Assembly (NCBI GenBank): GCA_965207065.1
Contig: OZ242260.1
Span: 2,400,001 to 2,464,000, forward strand
Reading direction: 5' to 3'
Length of the DNA stretch: 64,000 nt
Source of the DNA: a bacterium
Lineage (GTDB): Bacteria > UBA8248
The position numbers and the translations under genes were made by a program. How positions within the stretch are numbered: position 1 is the stretch's first letter; each line of letters begins with the position of its first letter. The notes under the pieces were generated by a model that saw only the letters and a list, made by a program, of their open reading frames with translations, was not told where the DNA came from and made no database searches. Below, in pieces: positions 35,917 through 48,670 of this stretch.

Positions 35917-36201
35917 ATGCCACGTTCTCTTCATAAGGGCCCATTCATAGATGCCCACCTTCGCAAGAAGGTGGAGGCGATGGACGAGAGCGGCGATAAG
36001 CGGATGATCAGGACCTGGTCCAGGAGATCCACCATCATTCCGGATTTCGTTGGCCATACGTTCGCCGTGCACAACGGTAAAAAATTCATACCCGTGTACG
36101 TGACGGAAAACATGGTGGGTTTCAAGCTCGGAGATTTTTCCCCCACCCGCACGTTCCGCTCGCACTCGGGAATGACGAAGCGGCAGGTTACGCTGAAGTA
36201 G
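35917..36201 (+). CDS. rpsS: 30S ribosomal protein S19
   Basis: [20 protein letters not shown]. Confidence 0.99.
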   Translation: MPRSLHKGPFIDAHLRKKVEAMDESGDKRMIRTWSRRSTIIPDFVGHTFAVHNGKKFIPVYVTENMVGFKLGDFSPTRTFRSHSGMTKRQVTLK

Positions 36202-36238
36202 GTATTGGTGGATTAGGCGAAACAGGCAAGGGAATGAA

Positions 36239-36574
36239 ATGTCCAAGGCGATTTTAAAATATTACCGCGCCAAGCCGCGGAAGACGCGCCAGGTAGCGGA
36301 TATGATTCGCGGCAGGCGGGTGGCGGACGCCCTGAATCTTTTGCGCCTGTCCACGCGTTCATCGGCCAAGGTGGTGGAGAAGGTTTTACTCTCCGCGCTC
36401 GCGAACGCTACCGACAAGGGGGAGCACGACGATCCCGAAGGTCTCATCGTGAAGAGTATTCGGGTTGACGAGGGGCCGATGCTCAAGCGGTTCCGGGCGC
36501 GCGCCCGCGGGCGCATCGGCCGCGTCAAACACAGAAGTTGCCACATTCGCGTGGATATCGGCGAAGCGAATTAG
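36239..36574 (+). CDS. rplV: 50S ribosomal protein L22
   Basis: [26 protein letters not shown]. Confidence 0.97.
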   Translation: MSKAILKYYRAKPRKTRQVADMIRGRRVADALNLLRLSTRSSAKVVEKVLLSALANATDKGEHDDPEGLIVKSIRVDEGPMLKRFRARARGRIGRVKHRSCHIRVDIGEAN

Positions 36575-36584
36575 GGGGATACAA

Positions 36585-37247
36585 ATGGGTCAAAAAGTTC
36601 ACCCCATCGGTTTTCGGGTCGGCATTACCAGGGGCTGGAATTCGCACTGGTTCGCCAAACACAATTTCGGCGACCTGCTTCTGGACGATCAGCGCATCCG
36701 CAAGTACGTGAAGGAGCGCCTCTCGCACGCAGGCGTGAGCAACGTGGAGATAGAGCGAGCGAGCGAGCGCGCGCGCATCAACATCTGGACGGCTCGGCCG
36801 GGCATCATCATCGGAAAGCGTGGTGCCGAGGTGGACAGGCTCAAGGCGGATCTGCAGGAACTCACCGGCAACCAGGTGAACGTGAACATCAAGGAAGTGC
36901 GAAAAGCCGAGATGGACGCCCAACTCGTGGCGGAGAACATCGCTATGCAGCTTGAGCGTCGGATCGCTTTCCGCCGCGCGATGAAAAAAGCGGTGACATC
37001 TGCTCTTCGCTTCGGCGCCAAAGGTGTGAAAATTCAGTGCTCCGGCAGACTCGGGGGTGCGGAGATTGCGCGGACCGAATGGTACCGGGAGGGCCGGGTG
37101 CCGCTCCAGACCCTTCGCGCGGACATCGACTACGGCTTTGCCGAAGGTAAGACGACATACGGGATCATCGGCGTGAAAGTCTGGATATTCAGAGGCGAGA
37201 TGATCCGGCAAGCAAGAAGAACGCCTTCCCAGACCTTGGGTTCGTAA
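36585..37247 (+). CDS. rpsC: 30S ribosomal protein S3
   Basis: [29 protein letters not shown]. Confidence 0.99.
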   Translation: MGQKVHPIGFRVGITRGWNSHWFAKHNFGDLLLDDQRIRKYVKERLSHAGVSNVEIERASERARINIWTARPGIIIGKRGAEVDRLKADLQELTGNQVNVNIKEVRKAEMDAQLVAENIAMQLERRIAFRRAMKKAVTSALRFGAKGVKIQCSGRLGGAEIARTEWYREGRVPLQTLRADIDYGFAEGKTTYGIIGVKVWIFRGEMIRQARRTPSQTLGS

Positions 37248-37267
37248 CAGGCGCTTAGGAGCGAGAC

Positions 37268-37675
37268 ATGCTGCAACCAAAAAGAACGAAGTTCAGGAAG
37301 ACGCAGAAGGGTCGTCTGGACGGAAAGGCCCAGCGCGGCTCGACGCTCTCGTTCGGCTCATACGGGCTTCAGACTTTGGAGACGGCGCACATTACGGCGC
37401 GCCAGATCGAGGCGGCCCGTATCGCGATGACGCGCCACGTAAAGCGCGGCGGAAGGATATGGATACGCCTCTTCCCCGACAAGCCGATGTGCAAAAAACC
37501 GGCCGAGGTTCGCATGGGCAAGGGAAAGGGTTCGCCCGAGTACTGGGTGGCGCCCGTGCGCGCAGGCAAGATTCTCTACGAGATGGACGGAGTCGCCGAT
37601 GACATCGCACGCGAGGCGCTTCGTTTGGCCGCTCAGAAGCTGCCGTGCAAAACCAGGATTGTGAACTCTTCCTGA
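37268..37675 (+). CDS. rplP: 50S ribosomal protein L16
   Basis: [18 protein letters not shown]. Confidence 0.99.
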   Translation: MLQPKRTKFRKTQKGRLDGKAQRGSTLSFGSYGLQTLETAHITARQIEAARIAMTRHVKRGGRIWIRLFPDKPMCKKPAEVRMGKGKGSPEYWVAPVRAGKILYEMDGVADDIAREALRLAAQKLPCKTRIVNSS

Positions 37676-37688
37676 GGGGGATGATGGC

Positions 37689-37910
37689 GTGAAGTACAGC
37701 GAAGTCCTCGAACTGAGCGATGATGAACTCGGGTTCAAGGAAAAGGAGTTGCGTCAGGAGTTGTTCAACCTGCGCTTTCGCAAGGCGACGGGCCAACTGG
37801 ACAACACGGCGCGCATCGGATTGTTAAAGCGGGATATGGCCCGGGTGTTGACTTCTAAGCGTGAGCGCAATAGCGCGCAGTCCGCAGGCGCAGAGGGAGA
37901 AGTGTCGTAG
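37689..37910 (+). CDS. rpmC: 50S ribosomal protein L29
   Basis: ELFNLRF..ATGQL; synteny. Confidence 0.96.
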   Translation: MKYSEVLELSDDELGFKEKELRQELFNLRFRKATGQLDNTARIGLLKRDMARVLTSKRERNSAQSAGAEGEVS

Positions 37911-38171
37911 ATGAGTGAGGTTCGAGGCAGGCGTAAGGTCCGGGAAGGAAGGGTTACGAGCGACGTGATGGACAAGACCGTCACCGTCGAGGTGGTGCGT
38001 ATGTTCAAGCATACGACCTTCAAGCGTGTCGTGCGCAGGCGCAAGAAATATCTGGTTCACGATGAGGAGAACTCCCTCCATACGGGAGACAGGGTGCGTA
38101 TTATCGAAACGAGGCCGCTCAGCCGGAGGAAACGCTGGCGTCTTCTGGATGTAATTGAGCGCAGCAAGTAG
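37911..38171 (+). CDS. rpsQ: 30S ribosomal protein S17
   Basis: MDKTVTV, HDEEN, ETRPLS. Confidence 0.98.
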   Translation: MSEVRGRRKVREGRVTSDVMDKTVTVEVVRMFKHTTFKRVVRRRKKYLVHDEENSLHTGDRVRIIETRPLSRRKRWRLLDVIERSK

Positions 38172-38183
38172 GGAACGGGGAAA

Positions 38184-38552
38184 ATGATTCAGGTCGAAAC
38201 TATGTGCAGCGTGGCGGACAATTCGGGGGCGAAGCGCGCCCAGTGCATCAAGGTGTTGGGTGGCTCGCGCCGCCGGTATGCAAGAATCGGCGACATTATT
38301 GTCGTGGCCATCAAGGAAGCCGTGCCGAATAGTCCCGTGAAAAAAGGAGAAGTCAGGCGCGCCGTCGTCGTTCGGACCGTCAAGGAAACCGGACGCGAGG
38401 ACGGCACCTACATACGCTTCGACGACAATGCCGTCGTCATCATCAACGACGCGCGCGAACCGATGGGGACGCGCATTTTCGGGCCTGTGGCTCGCGAGTT
38501 GAGGCGTAAACGGTTCATGCGCATCGTTTCGCTCGCGCCTGAGGTTTTGTGA
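38184..38552 (+). CDS. rplN: 50S ribosomal protein L14
   Basis: [20 protein letters not shown]. Confidence 0.99.
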   Translation: MIQVETMCSVADNSGAKRAQCIKVLGGSRRRYARIGDIIVVAIKEAVPNSPVKKGEVRRAVVVRTVKETGREDGTYIRFDDNAVVIINDAREPMGTRIFGPVARELRRKRFMRIVSLAPEVL

Positions 38553-38560
38553 GGAACGAG

Positions 38561-38899
38561 ATGGGTTCGAATGCCAGGAAAACGCATGTGAAAAAGGGCG
38601 ACATCGTACAGGTGATCGCCGGCCGCGAGAAGGGAAAGACAGGCAAAGTGCTTCAGGTGCTTAAACATGAAAACCGCGTGATCGTCGAGAAGGTGAATAT
38701 CGTGAAGCGTCACACGAAGCCCAGCCAGGGTCAGCAGCAAGGGGGCATCCTGGAGCGGGAGGGCAAGATTCATATTTCCAACGTCATGCCAGTGGACCCG
38801 AAGACCAACCAGCCATCGCGGATTCGGAGAAAGCGGCTCGAAGACGGCGCGCATGTGCGTGTGACGCACCACAGCGGCGAATTGCTCGATACGGTTTAG
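38561..38899 (+). CDS. rplX: 50S ribosomal protein L24
   Basis: [17 protein letters not shown]. Confidence 0.98.
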   Translation: MGSNARKTHVKKGDIVQVIAGREKGKTGKVLQVLKHENRVIVEKVNIVKRHTKPSQGQQQGGILEREGKIHISNVMPVDPKTNQPSRIRRKRLEDGAHVRVTHHSGELLDTV

Positions 38900-38922
38900 A
38901 ACAGAGAAGGATTTTCATAGAA

Positions 38923-39474
38923 ATGGCGTACTTGCCCAGAATGTTGCAGCTTTATCGTGATGAAATCATGGAAAAACTCCGCAATGAGTTTGAATACGCC
39001 AACGTCATGCAGATTCCACGGCTTCTGAAAATCACGTTGAACATGGGACTTGGAGAAGCCGTTCAGAATGCGGCGACTCTCGAAAATGGTGTCGCCGAGT
39101 TGACGAACATCGCGGGTCAAAAGCCCGTCATCACCCGCGCGAGAAAATCCATCGCGAATTTTAAGTTGCGCGAAGGCATGCCCATCGGGGCGATGGTGAC
39201 GCTTCGCGGTGCGCGGATGTGGGATTTTATGGACCGGCTTGTGAATGTGGCGCTCCCACGCGTGCGCGATTTCAGGGGCTTGAGTCCGAAGTCCTTCGAT
39301 GGGCGCGGGAACTTCAGTCTCGGAATCCGTGAGCAGCTCATTTTTCCTGAAATCGATATCGACAAGGTGGAGAGAGCGCGTGGCATCGGGGTAGTTCTGA
39401 ACACGTCGGCGAACACGGACGAGGAGGGCAGGGCACTGCTTCGCGAGTTGGGCGTTCCCTTCCGGGTGAATTAA
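38923..39474 (+). CDS. rplE: 50S ribosomal protein L5
   Basis: [21 protein letters not shown]. Confidence 0.99.
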   Translation: MAYLPRMLQLYRDEIMEKLRNEFEYANVMQIPRLLKITLNMGLGEAVQNAATLENGVAELTNIAGQKPVITRARKSIANFKLREGMPIGAMVTLRGARMWDFMDRLVNVALPRVRDFRGLSPKSFDGRGNFSLGIREQLIFPEIDIDKVERARGIGVVLNTSANTDEEGRALLRELGVPFRVN

Positions 39475-39484
39475 GAGGATATAC

Positions 39485-39670
39485 ATGGCGAAAAAGTGCT
39501 TGGTTGCGAAACAGAAGAAAACGCCTAAGTTTGGCGTGCGGGCGTATAACCGCTGCCAGCGTTGCGGGCGTCCGCGAGGCTACTTGAGGCGTTTCAAGAT
39601 TTGTCGAATCTGCTTCCGTGAATTGTCGCTCAAGGGTGAAATTCCGGGAGTCACGAAGTCGAGCTGGTAG
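39485..39670 (+). CDS. rpsN: 30S ribosomal protein S14, zinc-binding type Z
   Basis: 61 aa with CxxC...CxxC. Confidence 0.98.
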   Translation: MAKKCLVAKQKKTPKFGVRAYNRCQRCGRPRGYLRRFKICRICFRELSLKGEIPGVTKSSW

Positions 39671-39686
39671 TCGGAGAGCGAAGAAT

Positions 39687-40088
39687 ATGAGCATGACGGA
39701 TCCCATTGCCGATCTTCTTACGCGCATTCGCAATGCGGTGCGCGCGGGTCACGATAACGTAGAGATACCGGGCAGCGAGCTCAAGGCGCGGGTCGTCGGT
39801 ATCCTCAAGTCCCAAGGCTATATCAAAGGATATGATATCGAGCCCGGGCCGACGGGCCAGACCCGGATAAAGGTTGATCTCAAACCGCCTCAGGATGGTA
39901 AACTGGTATTGAGCGGCCTCAAGCGCATCAGCAAGCCTGGCCTTCGCGTGTACGTGGACAAGGATTCGGTACCCAAGGTGCTCAACGGCATGGGGATCGC
40001 CATTCTCACCACTTCGCGAGGGGTGGTGACGGATGATGAAGCGAGGAATCTGGGTGTGGGCGGTGAAGTTCTTTGTGAAATTTGGTGA
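39687..40088 (+). CDS. rpsH: 30S ribosomal protein S8
   Basis: MTDPIADLLTRIRN, SKPGLRVY, GGEVLC. Confidence 0.99.
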   Translation: MSMTDPIADLLTRIRNAVRAGHDNVEIPGSELKARVVGILKSQGYIKGYDIEPGPTGQTRIKVDLKPPQDGKLVLSGLKRISKPGLRVYVDKDSVPKVLNGMGIAILTTSRGVVTDDEARNLGVGGEVLCEIW

Positions 40089-40098
40089 GGTGGTTTGA

Positions 40099-40644
40099 AT
40101 GTCACGCATCGGAAAAATGCCGATTCCCATTCCCTCGGGCGTGGAAGTGAAACTCGATGGACGCCACATCTCCGTCAAGGGGCCTCTGGGTGAGCTCGAG
40201 CTCGAGTTGCACCACAGGCCGAAGGTGGAAATTGATAATGGGAACATCGTCGTCTCGCGTGTCAGCGAATCGCGCCAGGACAAATCGCTGCACGGCCTCA
40301 CGCGTACGCTGATCGCCAATATGGTCGAAGGCGTGACGAAAGGGTTCGAAAAGGAACTCGAGATTATCGGCTTGGGGTATCGCGTCGAAGAGAGGGGCAA
40401 GGGAGTCGTCCTGAATGTGGGATATTCGCATCCGGTGAGCATTGAACCGATCGAGGGGATCACCTTCGAGGTGCAGAGCGACCGCAACCGGACGGCGATC
40501 AAGGTGAAGGGCATCGACAAACAGATGGTAGGCTGGGTGGCCGCTGAAATCCGCAAGGTGAAGCCCCCGGAGCCGTATAAGGGTAAAGGCATCCGCTATG
40601 CGGGCGAGACGGTTCGCCGCAAGGTCGGTAAGGCCGGCGTATAG
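40099..40644 (+). CDS. rplF: 50S ribosomal protein L6
   Basis: MSRIGK, PEPYKGKGIRY. Confidence 0.99.
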   Translation: MSRIGKMPIPIPSGVEVKLDGRHISVKGPLGELELELHHRPKVEIDNGNIVVSRVSESRQDKSLHGLTRTLIANMVEGVTKGFEKELEIIGLGYRVEERGKGVVLNVGYSHPVSIEPIEGITFEVQSDRNRTAIKVKGIDKQMVGWVAAEIRKVKPPEPYKGKGIRYAGETVRRKVGKAGV

Positions 40645-40661
40645 CGCAGGAGGTTTGAGAA

Positions 40662-41042
40662 GTGGGTCGACTGAGTAAGCTCGAGGCAAGGCTCAAGCGT
40701 AAGGTGAGAATCCGCAAGAAGAGCCGCGGAACGAGCGATCGTCCTCGATTGACGGTTTTCAGGAGCGGCGGACACATCTATGCCCAGGTCATAGATGATG
40801 TCTCGGGTGAAACCCTGGCTGCGGCCTCCTCGCGCGAGAAGGATTTCGCATCCGAAGCGAAGGAGGTCGAAAACGCGGGCGGGAACAACGTGGCGGGCGC
40901 CGTCATCGTCGGCAAGCTGCTGGCCGGTCGCGCGAAGGCCAAGGGCGTGGGAAAAGTGGTTTTTGATCGCAACGGCTATCTCTATCATGGCCGCGTGAAG
41001 GCGCTGGCCGACAGCGTGAGAGATACGGGGGTAAGTTTCTGA
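40662..41042 (+). CDS. rplR: 50S ribosomal protein L18
   Basis: [21 protein letters not shown]. Confidence 0.98.
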   Translation: MGRLSKLEARLKRKVRIRKKSRGTSDRPRLTVFRSGGHIYAQVIDDVSGETLAAASSREKDFASEAKEVENAGGNNVAGAVIVGKLLAGRAKAKGVGKVVFDRNGYLYHGRVKALADSVRDTGVSF

Positions 41043-41719
41043 TGGCGCGAGACGGAAGAAGAGGCCGGGCCAGAGAGCCTGAGAATCCCGAAGAGCGTGA
41101 ATTCATCGACCGGGTCATCTACGTGAACCGCGTCGCCAAGGTGGTGAAGGGCGGCAGGCGCTTCAGTTTCAGCGCCCTGGTGACCGTCGGCGACAGAAAA
41201 GGACAAGTCGGCATCGGGATGGGTAAGGCGAACGAAGTGCCCGAAGCCATTCGCAAGGGCGTGGAGAAGGCTCGCAAGGCGATGGTGAAGGTGGCCCTCG
41301 ACCACGAGACCATTCCCCACAAGACCATGGGCAAATACGGCGCGGGCCGCGTGCTGCTCAAGCCGGCGGCGCGGGGAACGGGCGTCATCGCTGGTGGCCC
41401 CGTGCGCGCGGTTTTGGACGTCGCCGGGGTGCGTGACATATTGACGAAGTGCATCGGCACGAACAATCCGCACAATGCGGCCAAGGCGACGCTGCAGGGT
41501 TTGACTTCGCTGCGCAACAGGGAAGAAGTTCTCGCGCTCCGGGGAATCGGCGTCGAAGACGCCGCCGCCGATGGCGCAGAGGCGGAGGATGTTGAGCTGG
41601 TGGCTGTGGAGAGTGAGGTCGCAGCGGAAGACGCCGTGAATAGCGACCCCGTAACCGACGAAGCCGGTGACGACGGCGACGCAAGCGACGCCGAAGATGG
41701 CGGCGCGAAAGAAGAATAG
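41042..41719 (+). CDS. rpsE: 30S ribosomal protein S5 with acidic C-terminal tail
   Basis: [22 protein letters not shown]. Confidence 0.98.
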   Translation: MARDGRRGRAREPENPEEREFIDRVIYVNRVAKVVKGGRRFSFSALVTVGDRKGQVGIGMGKANEVPEAIRKGVEKARKAMVKVALDHETIPHKTMGKYGAGRVLLKPAARGTGVIAGGPVRAVLDVAGVRDILTKCIGTNNPHNAAKATLQGLTSLRNREEVLALRGIGVEDAAADGAEAEDVELVAVESEVAAEDAVNSDPVTDEAGDDGDASDAEDGGAKEE

Positions 41720-41727
41720 AGGAAAAG

Positions 41728-41916
41728 ATGGGGCAGGATAAGATTAAAATCACCTTGAAAAAAAGCTCGTCCGGCTCGAACCCGAAGCAACGCGCCGTTT
41801 TGCATGGGTTGGGTCTGAGGCGGATCAACCAGACGGTCGTCAAGGCGGACAACGCCTGTATTCGCGGCATGGTGTTCAAGGTCAAACATCTCATAGAAGT
41901 GGAGGAGGGGGCTTAG
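41728..41916 (+). CDS. rpmD: 50S ribosomal protein L30
   Basis: [24 protein letters not shown]. Confidence 0.96.
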   Translation: MGQDKIKITLKKSSSGSNPKQRAVLHGLGLRRINQTVVKADNACIRGMVFKVKHLIEVEEGA

Positions 41917-41930
41917 CTCCCCGGATTCAT

Positions 41931-42439
41931 ATGTCCGAGAACGACGCGAAGCCAGAAAATTCATTTACGGGCCTGGGTGATTTGTCCTCCCCGGAGGGGG
42001 CGATGAAAACCCGGCGGCGCGTGGGCCGCGGTACGGGCTCCGGAAGGGGCAAAACCTCGACGCGCGGGCACAAGGGGCAGAAGTCGCGTTCCGGCTACAG
42101 TCGAAAGGTGGGTTTCGAGGGCGGCCAAATGCCGCTGCAGCGCCGCTTGCCGAAGCGAGGGTTCAACAACCGCTTCCAAAAAGAATTCTCCGAGTTGAAC
42201 GTGGGGCGTTTGGGCGTGTTGGCCGAGGGCGCGAGCGTCGACGCCGATGCCCTGCGTGCCGCTGGCTTGGTACGGAAAGTAGCCAAAGACGGCGTAAAGC
42301 TCCTGGGTGAGGGTGAGGTCAATCGAGCGATTCACCTCAAGGTCCAGAAGTGCAGTGGATCAGCTCGCCGGAAAATCGAGAGTGCGGGCGGCAGTGTGGA
42401 GATCGTGGCTCTCGCCTCGAAGCCGGAGGATAAAAGCGA

Positions 42440-42443
<4 letters not shown>
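41931..42443 (+). CDS. rplO: 50S ribosomal protein L15
   Basis: GRGTGSG, FEGGQMPLQRRLPKRGF. Confidence 0.98.
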
Positions 42444-43762
<1,319 letters not shown>

Positions 43763-43763
43763 C

Positions 43764-44393
43764 GTGAAAATTATTCTTCTAGGTCCTCCGGGTTCGGGAA
43801 AAGGCACCCAGGGCATTATTCTCTCGAAGGAACTCGAGATACCCGAAATCTCGACAGGAGATATGTTGCGCCAGGCGGTGGCGGAGAAATCGGCGCTCGG
43901 TCAGCAGGTGGGAGAAATCATCAACCAGGGTTGTCTCGTGCCCGATGACCTCATCATTTCTGTGATCGAGGAGCGCATTTCCCGGGTGGACTGCGGTAAA
44001 GGATTCATCCTGGATGGTTTTCCCAGGACGATTGAACAGGGCGAGGCCCTGGAGAAAGTCTTGCCGGACAGTGTGGATGTGGTTATCTATTTCAATGTGT
44101 CGAGCGAATCCGTGGTGGCTCGTTTGGCGGGTAGACTCACGTGCAGGAAATGCGGCGCCGTCTTTCCCATCATGGATACCTCGCTTTGCACCGTGTGTGG
44201 AGGAGACCTCTACCAGCGCGAGGACGATATGACGAGCACGGTGCTTCGTCGCCTGAAGCTGTATCGGGAGCATACAGAACCGTTGGTGGCGTTTTACCGC
44301 GACAAGAATAAGCTCGCGGAAATCGACGGTGAGGGCAGCGTCGAGGATATCGCGCAGAGGGTGGAGGAAGGTATTGCCCAGGTGCTTGCTTGA
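43764..44393 (+). CDS. adk: Adenylate kinase
   Basis: GPPGSGKGT, STGDMLR, LDGFPRT. Confidence 0.97.
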   Translation: MKIILLGPPGSGKGTQGIILSKELEIPEISTGDMLRQAVAEKSALGQQVGEIINQGCLVPDDLIISVIEERISRVDCGKGFILDGFPRTIEQGEALEKVLPDSVDVVIYFNVSSESVVARLAGRLTCRKCGAVFPIMDTSLCTVCGGDLYQREDDMTSTVLRRLKLYREHTEPLVAFYRDKNKLAEIDGEGSVEDIAQRVEEGIAQVLA

Positions 44394-45145
44394 TGGCTAT
44401 CATCCTTCGTTCGCGAAAAGAGATAGAGCGTTTGCGAGCCAGCAACCAGGTAGTGATGAGCGTCATGGCCGAACTTAAAAAAGCGATTCGACCAGGAATT
44501 ACGACTCTGGAGTTGGACGCCTTGGCGGAACGGATTATTCGCGGGCAAGGAGCCATACCTGCTTTCAAGGGGTATAGGGGCTATCAACACACGATATGCG
44601 CTTCGGTAAACGAAGAGGTGGTTCATGGGGTGCCCTCCGGGAAAAAGCTCAAGGACGGGGATATTGTGAGCGTGGATGTCGGGGCGAAATTGTATGGCTA
44701 TTTTGGGGATCATGCGGTTACCTTCCCTGTGGGCAACGTTGATCCCGGAGCCAATAAGTTGTTGAAATGCTGCGAGGAGTCGCTTTTCAAGGGCATCGAG
44801 CAGGCGAAACCGGGCAACCGGTTGTTTGATATTTCACACGCCGTGCAAAAGCACGCGGAAGGCGCCGGATTCTCGGTGGTGCGCGCCTACGTGGGACATG
44901 GAGTGGGAACGAATCTTCACGAAGAACCACAGGTTCCGAATTTCGGCGAACCCGGCACGGGTCCGGAGCTCAAGGCAGGCATGGTTCTCGCGATTGAGCC
45001 AATGCTGAACATGGGTGTTCATGACGTGAAGGTATTAAGCGATGAATGGACAGTCGTTACGGCGGACGAGAAACTCTCCGCTCATTTTGAACATTCCGTC
45101 GCCATCACCGAAGACGGCCCGGAAATTCTGAGCCTGGCCGCATGA
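44393..45145 (+). CDS. map: Methionine aminopeptidase type I
   Basis: [25 protein letters not shown]. Confidence 0.98.
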   Translation: MAIILRSRKEIERLRASNQVVMSVMAELKKAIRPGITTLELDALAERIIRGQGAIPAFKGYRGYQHTICASVNEEVVHGVPSGKKLKDGDIVSVDVGAKLYGYFGDHAVTFPVGNVDPGANKLLKCCEESLFKGIEQAKPGNRLFDISHAVQKHAEGAGFSVVRAYVGHGVGTNLHEEPQVPNFGEPGTGPELKAGMVLAIEPMLNMGVHDVKVLSDEWTVVTADEKLSAHFEHSVAITEDGPEILSLAA

Positions 45146-45429
45146 GAAGACCGCGTCGAGGGGGGAGCAGGAAGCAGAGAAAGCGCGATCAGGCTGAGCG
45201 CGAGGAAAGAGCTCCAAAAGAGGGCGTAATTGAGGTGGACGGAATCGTCGTGGAGCCGCTGCCGAACGCGATGTTTCGCGTTGAGCTTGAAGGCGGCCAT
45301 AAGGTGCTGGCTCACATCTCGGGGAAAATGCGGATGCACTTTATCCGGATTCTCCCGGGGGACAACGTCAAGGTGGAGCTGTCCCCTTACGATTTGACGA
45401 GAGGGCGGATAACGAGTCGGTACAAGTAG
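45142..45429 (+). CDS. infA: Translation initiation factor IF-1 with N-terminal extension
   Basis: [29 protein letters not shown]. Confidence 0.97.
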   Translation: MRRPRRGGSRKQRKRDQAEREERAPKEGVIEVDGIVVEPLPNAMFRVELEGGHKVLAHISGKMRMHFIRILPGDNVKVELSPYDLTRGRITSRYK

Positions 45430-45458
45430 ATGTTTCAAGTGAGATTTGGAGTCAGGCC

Positions 45459-45572
45459 ATGAAGGTGAGAAGTTCGGTCAAACCAATGTGTGATAAATGC
45501 AAGGTCATCCGCCGCAAGGGTGTTGTGCGCGTCTTGTGCTCGAACCCCAAGCACAAGCAGCGGCAAGGCTGA
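45459..45572 (+). CDS. rpmJ: 50S ribosomal protein L36 (not in ORF track)
   Basis: Translated by hand: [37 protein letters not shown]. Confidence 0.98.
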   Translation: MKVRSSVKPMCDKCKVIRRKGVVRVLCSNPKHKQRQG

Positions 45573-45603
45573 GGCGGTGAAGAGAATTTAGAGGAGAACG
45601 TGA

Positions 45604-45978
45604 ATGGCCCGTATTGCCGGAGTTGATATTCCCAACGATAAGAACGTCAATATCGCTTTGACGTATATCTATGGAATCGGGCGAACTTCCGCGAACAAGA
45701 TAGTGGAAGAAGCGAAAATCGAAACCTTCTCCAAGGTGAAGGACCTCACTGAAGCCGAGGTGCAGACCTTGCGCGAGATTATCGAGCGCAGCTATGCGGT
45801 GGAAGGCGATTTGAGGAGCCGGATAACGATGAACATCAAGAGATTGATGGACATCGGCACCTACCGGGGACTCCGGCACCGACGCGGACTCCCCGTTCGC
45901 GGGCAACGAACACACACGAACGCGCGCACCCGCAAGGGACCGCGCAAGACGGTGGGTGCGAAGAAAAAGGACAACTGA
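45604..45978 (+). CDS. rpsM: 30S ribosomal protein S13
   Basis: [24 protein letters not shown]. Confidence 0.99.
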   Translation: MARIAGVDIPNDKNVNIALTYIYGIGRTSANKIVEEAKIETFSKVKDLTEAEVQTLREIIERSYAVEGDLRSRITMNIKRLMDIGTYRGLRHRRGLPVRGQRTHTNARTRKGPRKTVGAKKKDN

Positions 45979-46016
45979 TCTTTCAATTTCGTCTCTTATA
46001 GGGCAGGAGATTTCAA

Positions 46017-46418
46017 TTGGCGCAAGCGGGCAGAGGAAAACGCGGTGGAAAGCGCCGTCGTGAGCGAAGAGCCATCGGTAAGGGCCAGGCTCATATACTG
46101 GCGACCTTCAACAATACGATGATATCGATTTCCGACACGGGCGGAAACGTAGTTTGCTGGTCAACGGCCGGTGGACAAGGCTTCAAGGGTTCCCGGAAAA
46201 GCACGCCTTTCGCCGCGCAGATGGCTGCTGCGGATGTCGCCAAAAAAGCGTTGGACCTGGGCGTGACTTCGGTGGAAGTGTACGTGAGTGGTCCCGGTTC
46301 CGGGCGAGAGGCGGCAATTCGCTCGCTGGCCGCGGCGGGGCTCGAGGTGAGTCTCATTCGTGACGTAACGCCTATTCCCCACAATGGTTGCCGACCGCGC
46401 AAGCGGCGTCGGGTCTAG
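46017..46418 (+). CDS. rpsK: 30S ribosomal protein S11
   Basis: [20 protein letters not shown]. Confidence 0.99.
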   Translation: MAQAGRGKRGGKRRRERRAIGKGQAHILATFNNTMISISDTGGNVVCWSTAGGQGFKGSRKSTPFAAQMAAADVAKKALDLGVTSVEVYVSGPGSGREAAIRSLAAAGLEVSLIRDVTPIPHNGCRPRKRRRV

Positions 46419-46443
46419 GTCTAGGCAAGAGGGAGTTTGAATT

Positions 46444-47076
46444 TTGGCGCGATACAAGGATTCGGTTTGTCGGCTTTGCCGAAGGGAAGGGATGAAGCTC
46501 TTCTTGAAGGGCGATCGCTGCATCGGCGATAAATGCTCTTTCGAGAAACGGAGCTTTCCGCCGGGGCAGCATGGCGCGGCGCGTACGCGGGGGAAGCTGA
46601 GCGAATACGGAATGCAGCTTCGCGAGAAACAAAAGGCGCGCCGGGTGTACGGCGTACTGGAGAAGCAGTTCCGGCTATATTACAAAGAAGCCGCACGGCG
46701 CAAGGGCGTCACCGGCGACAACCTGTTTTCACTGCTTGAATCCAGGCTAGACAACGTCGTGTTCCGGGCCAGTTTCGCGGATTCGCGCAATCAGGCGCGT
46801 CAACTGGTGATTCACAACCACATTCGTGTGAACGGCAGGAAGGTGAATCGCCCGGCGTTCGTCGTTCGCAAGGGCGACGTCGTCGAGATTAAAGAGAAAA
46901 GCAAGAAGAATGGGCTGATCGTGCAAAGCGCGGAAAAAGGGAAAGTGCGCGGCGCTCCCGCCTGGCTCGATGTGGACCACGCCGATTTTCAGGCGCGCGT
47001 CCTGGAGCCGCCCAGTCTGGTTGACTCCCAGATTGACATCAACGTGCAGCAGATTGTGGAACTGTATTCCAAATAA
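46444..47076 (+). CDS. rpsD: 30S ribosomal protein S4
   Basis: [21 protein letters not shown]. Confidence 0.99.
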   Translation: MARYKDSVCRLCRREGMKLFLKGDRCIGDKCSFEKRSFPPGQHGAARTRGKLSEYGMQLREKQKARRVYGVLEKQFRLYYKEAARRKGVTGDNLFSLLESRLDNVVFRASFADSRNQARQLVIHNHIRVNGRKVNRPAFVVRKGDVVEIKEKSKKNGLIVQSAEKGKVRGAPAWLDVDHADFQARVLEPPSLVDSQIDINVQQIVELYSK

Positions 47077-47143
47077 ATAACAAGCTCGTTTCGACCAACT
47101 TGTTTCAAAAAGTGGTCAACCGCTAAACGGAGGACCAATAGAA

Positions 47144-48163
47144 ATGACAGCCACTGCTGATCTGGTCAAACCCACTGGCCTGGAGCCTCAGCCGGAAAGT
47201 TTGACCGATACTTTCGGCCGTTTTATCGCCGAGCCCCTGGAACGCGGGTATGGTGTTACGCTGGGCAATGCGCTCCGCCGCGTGATTTTGTCTTCACTGC
47301 AGGGAGCCGCTTTCACGGGTGTGCGCATCGAGGGCGTATTTCACGAGTTTTCGAGCATACCGGGCGTCATGGAGGATGTGACGGAAATCATCCTGAATCT
47401 CAAGGATGTCGTCATCGAAGTGGAATCGGAAACCTGGCCGGTTCACATGAATTACCAGCATACAGGATCCGCCGGCGTATTCAGGGCGGGAGATATCGAA
47501 GCCCCTGCGGGCGTGAAGGTGCTCACCCCCGACATCGAGATCGCCAACATGAACGAGGAGGCGGAACTCGAGGTGGAACTCGTGGCGAACATCGGTCGCG
47601 GCTACGTTCCCGCGGAGAGAAACGTGGATTTGACCCTCGGCCCTCAGTTCATCCCGATGGATTCCATCTTCTCTCCCATCCGCCGCTGCACCTTCCAGGT
47701 GGAGAAAACCCGGGTGGGCGACATTACGGATTACGACAAGCTGATTCTCGACGTGGAGACGAACGGAACCATCGCCCCCGTGGATGCGGTCGCCCACGCG
47801 GCGAAGATACTGAAGGACAATCTCCAGATATTCATCAACTTCGAGGAAGAGATTGCGCCCCAGGCGCCCAAGGTGGATGAGCGCAAGCAGAGGATTGTGG
47901 AGAGCCTGAGCAGAAGCGTGGAAGAACTCGAGCTTTCGGTTCGCAGCTATAACTGCCTGAAAAACGCGCGGATCCGCACGCTGGGCGAGCTGGTGCAAAA
48001 GACCGAAGCCGAGTTGCTGAGAACCAGGAATTTCGGGCGCAAGAGTTTGAATGAAATTCGTGATATTCTCACGGGAATGGGTTTGTCTCTCGGAATGGAT
48101 TTAAGCTATATGGATCTCACGCCGCGCGATCTGAGCGGGCAGGATGATTCCGAACAAGAATAG
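47144..48163 (+). CDS. rpoA: DNA-directed RNA polymerase subunit alpha
   Basis: [26 protein letters not shown]. Confidence 0.99.
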   Translation: MTATADLVKPTGLEPQPESLTDTFGRFIAEPLERGYGVTLGNALRRVILSSLQGAAFTGVRIEGVFHEFSSIPGVMEDVTEIILNLKDVVIEVESETWPVHMNYQHTGSAGVFRAGDIEAPAGVKVLTPDIEIANMNEEAELEVELVANIGRGYVPAERNVDLTLGPQFIPMDSIFSPIRRCTFQVEKTRVGDITDYDKLILDVETNGTIAPVDAVAHAAKILKDNLQIFINFEEEIAPQAPKVDERKQRIVESLSRSVEELELSVRSYNCLKNARIRTLGELVQKTEAELLRTRNFGRKSLNEIRDILTGMGLSLGMDLSYMDLTPRDLSGQDDSEQE

Positions 48164-48174
48164 GACATAGATAG

Positions 48175-48597
48175 ATGCGGCATAAATGGCACGGCAGGAA
48201 ACTGGGGCGCACCTCGAAACATCGCGATGCGATGACGAGGAACATGGTAACTTCCCTGATCGACGAGGAGAGGGTGCGGACTACGCTGGCCAAGGCCAAG
48301 GAGGTTCGTCGCCATGCCGAGCGCATCATCACCACGGGCAAGAAAGGCACGCTCCATGCGCGGCGGCAGGTCGCCTCTTATCTCAAGACCCCGGCCGCGG
48401 TCGCCAAGCTCATGGATACCATCGCCCCGAGATATGCGGAGCGGCCGGGCGGCTATACGCGGATTCTGCGCCTCCCTCCCCGGCAGGGAGACGCCGCGCC
48501 CATGGCGCTCCTCGAGTTGATCGACAGAGACACCACCAGGGAACAGGAAAGACAGGAACGCCGCCAGAAGAGAAAAGAGGCGCAAGGGGAATCGTAG
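48175..48597 (+). CDS. rplQ: 50S ribosomal protein L17
   Basis: RKLGRTSKHR, RPGGYTRI, GDAAPM. Confidence 0.98.
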   Translation: MRHKWHGRKLGRTSKHRDAMTRNMVTSLIDEERVRTTLAKAKEVRRHAERIITTGKKGTLHARRQVASYLKTPAAVAKLMDTIAPRYAERPGGYTRILRLPPRQGDAAPMALLELIDRDTTREQERQERRQKRKEAQGES

Positions 48598-48623
48598 GGG
48601 GTTCCCGAGATGAGAGACTCCTG

Positions 48624-48654
48624 AAAGGAGAGCCGCCGAGGCTCTCCTTTTTTT
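48624..48654 (+). terminator. Rho-independent terminator ending the alpha operon
   Basis: AAAGGAGAGCC/GGCTCTCCTTT stem plus T-run. Confidence 0.9.
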
Positions 48655-48670
48655 GTTTAGCCGAGACGAG

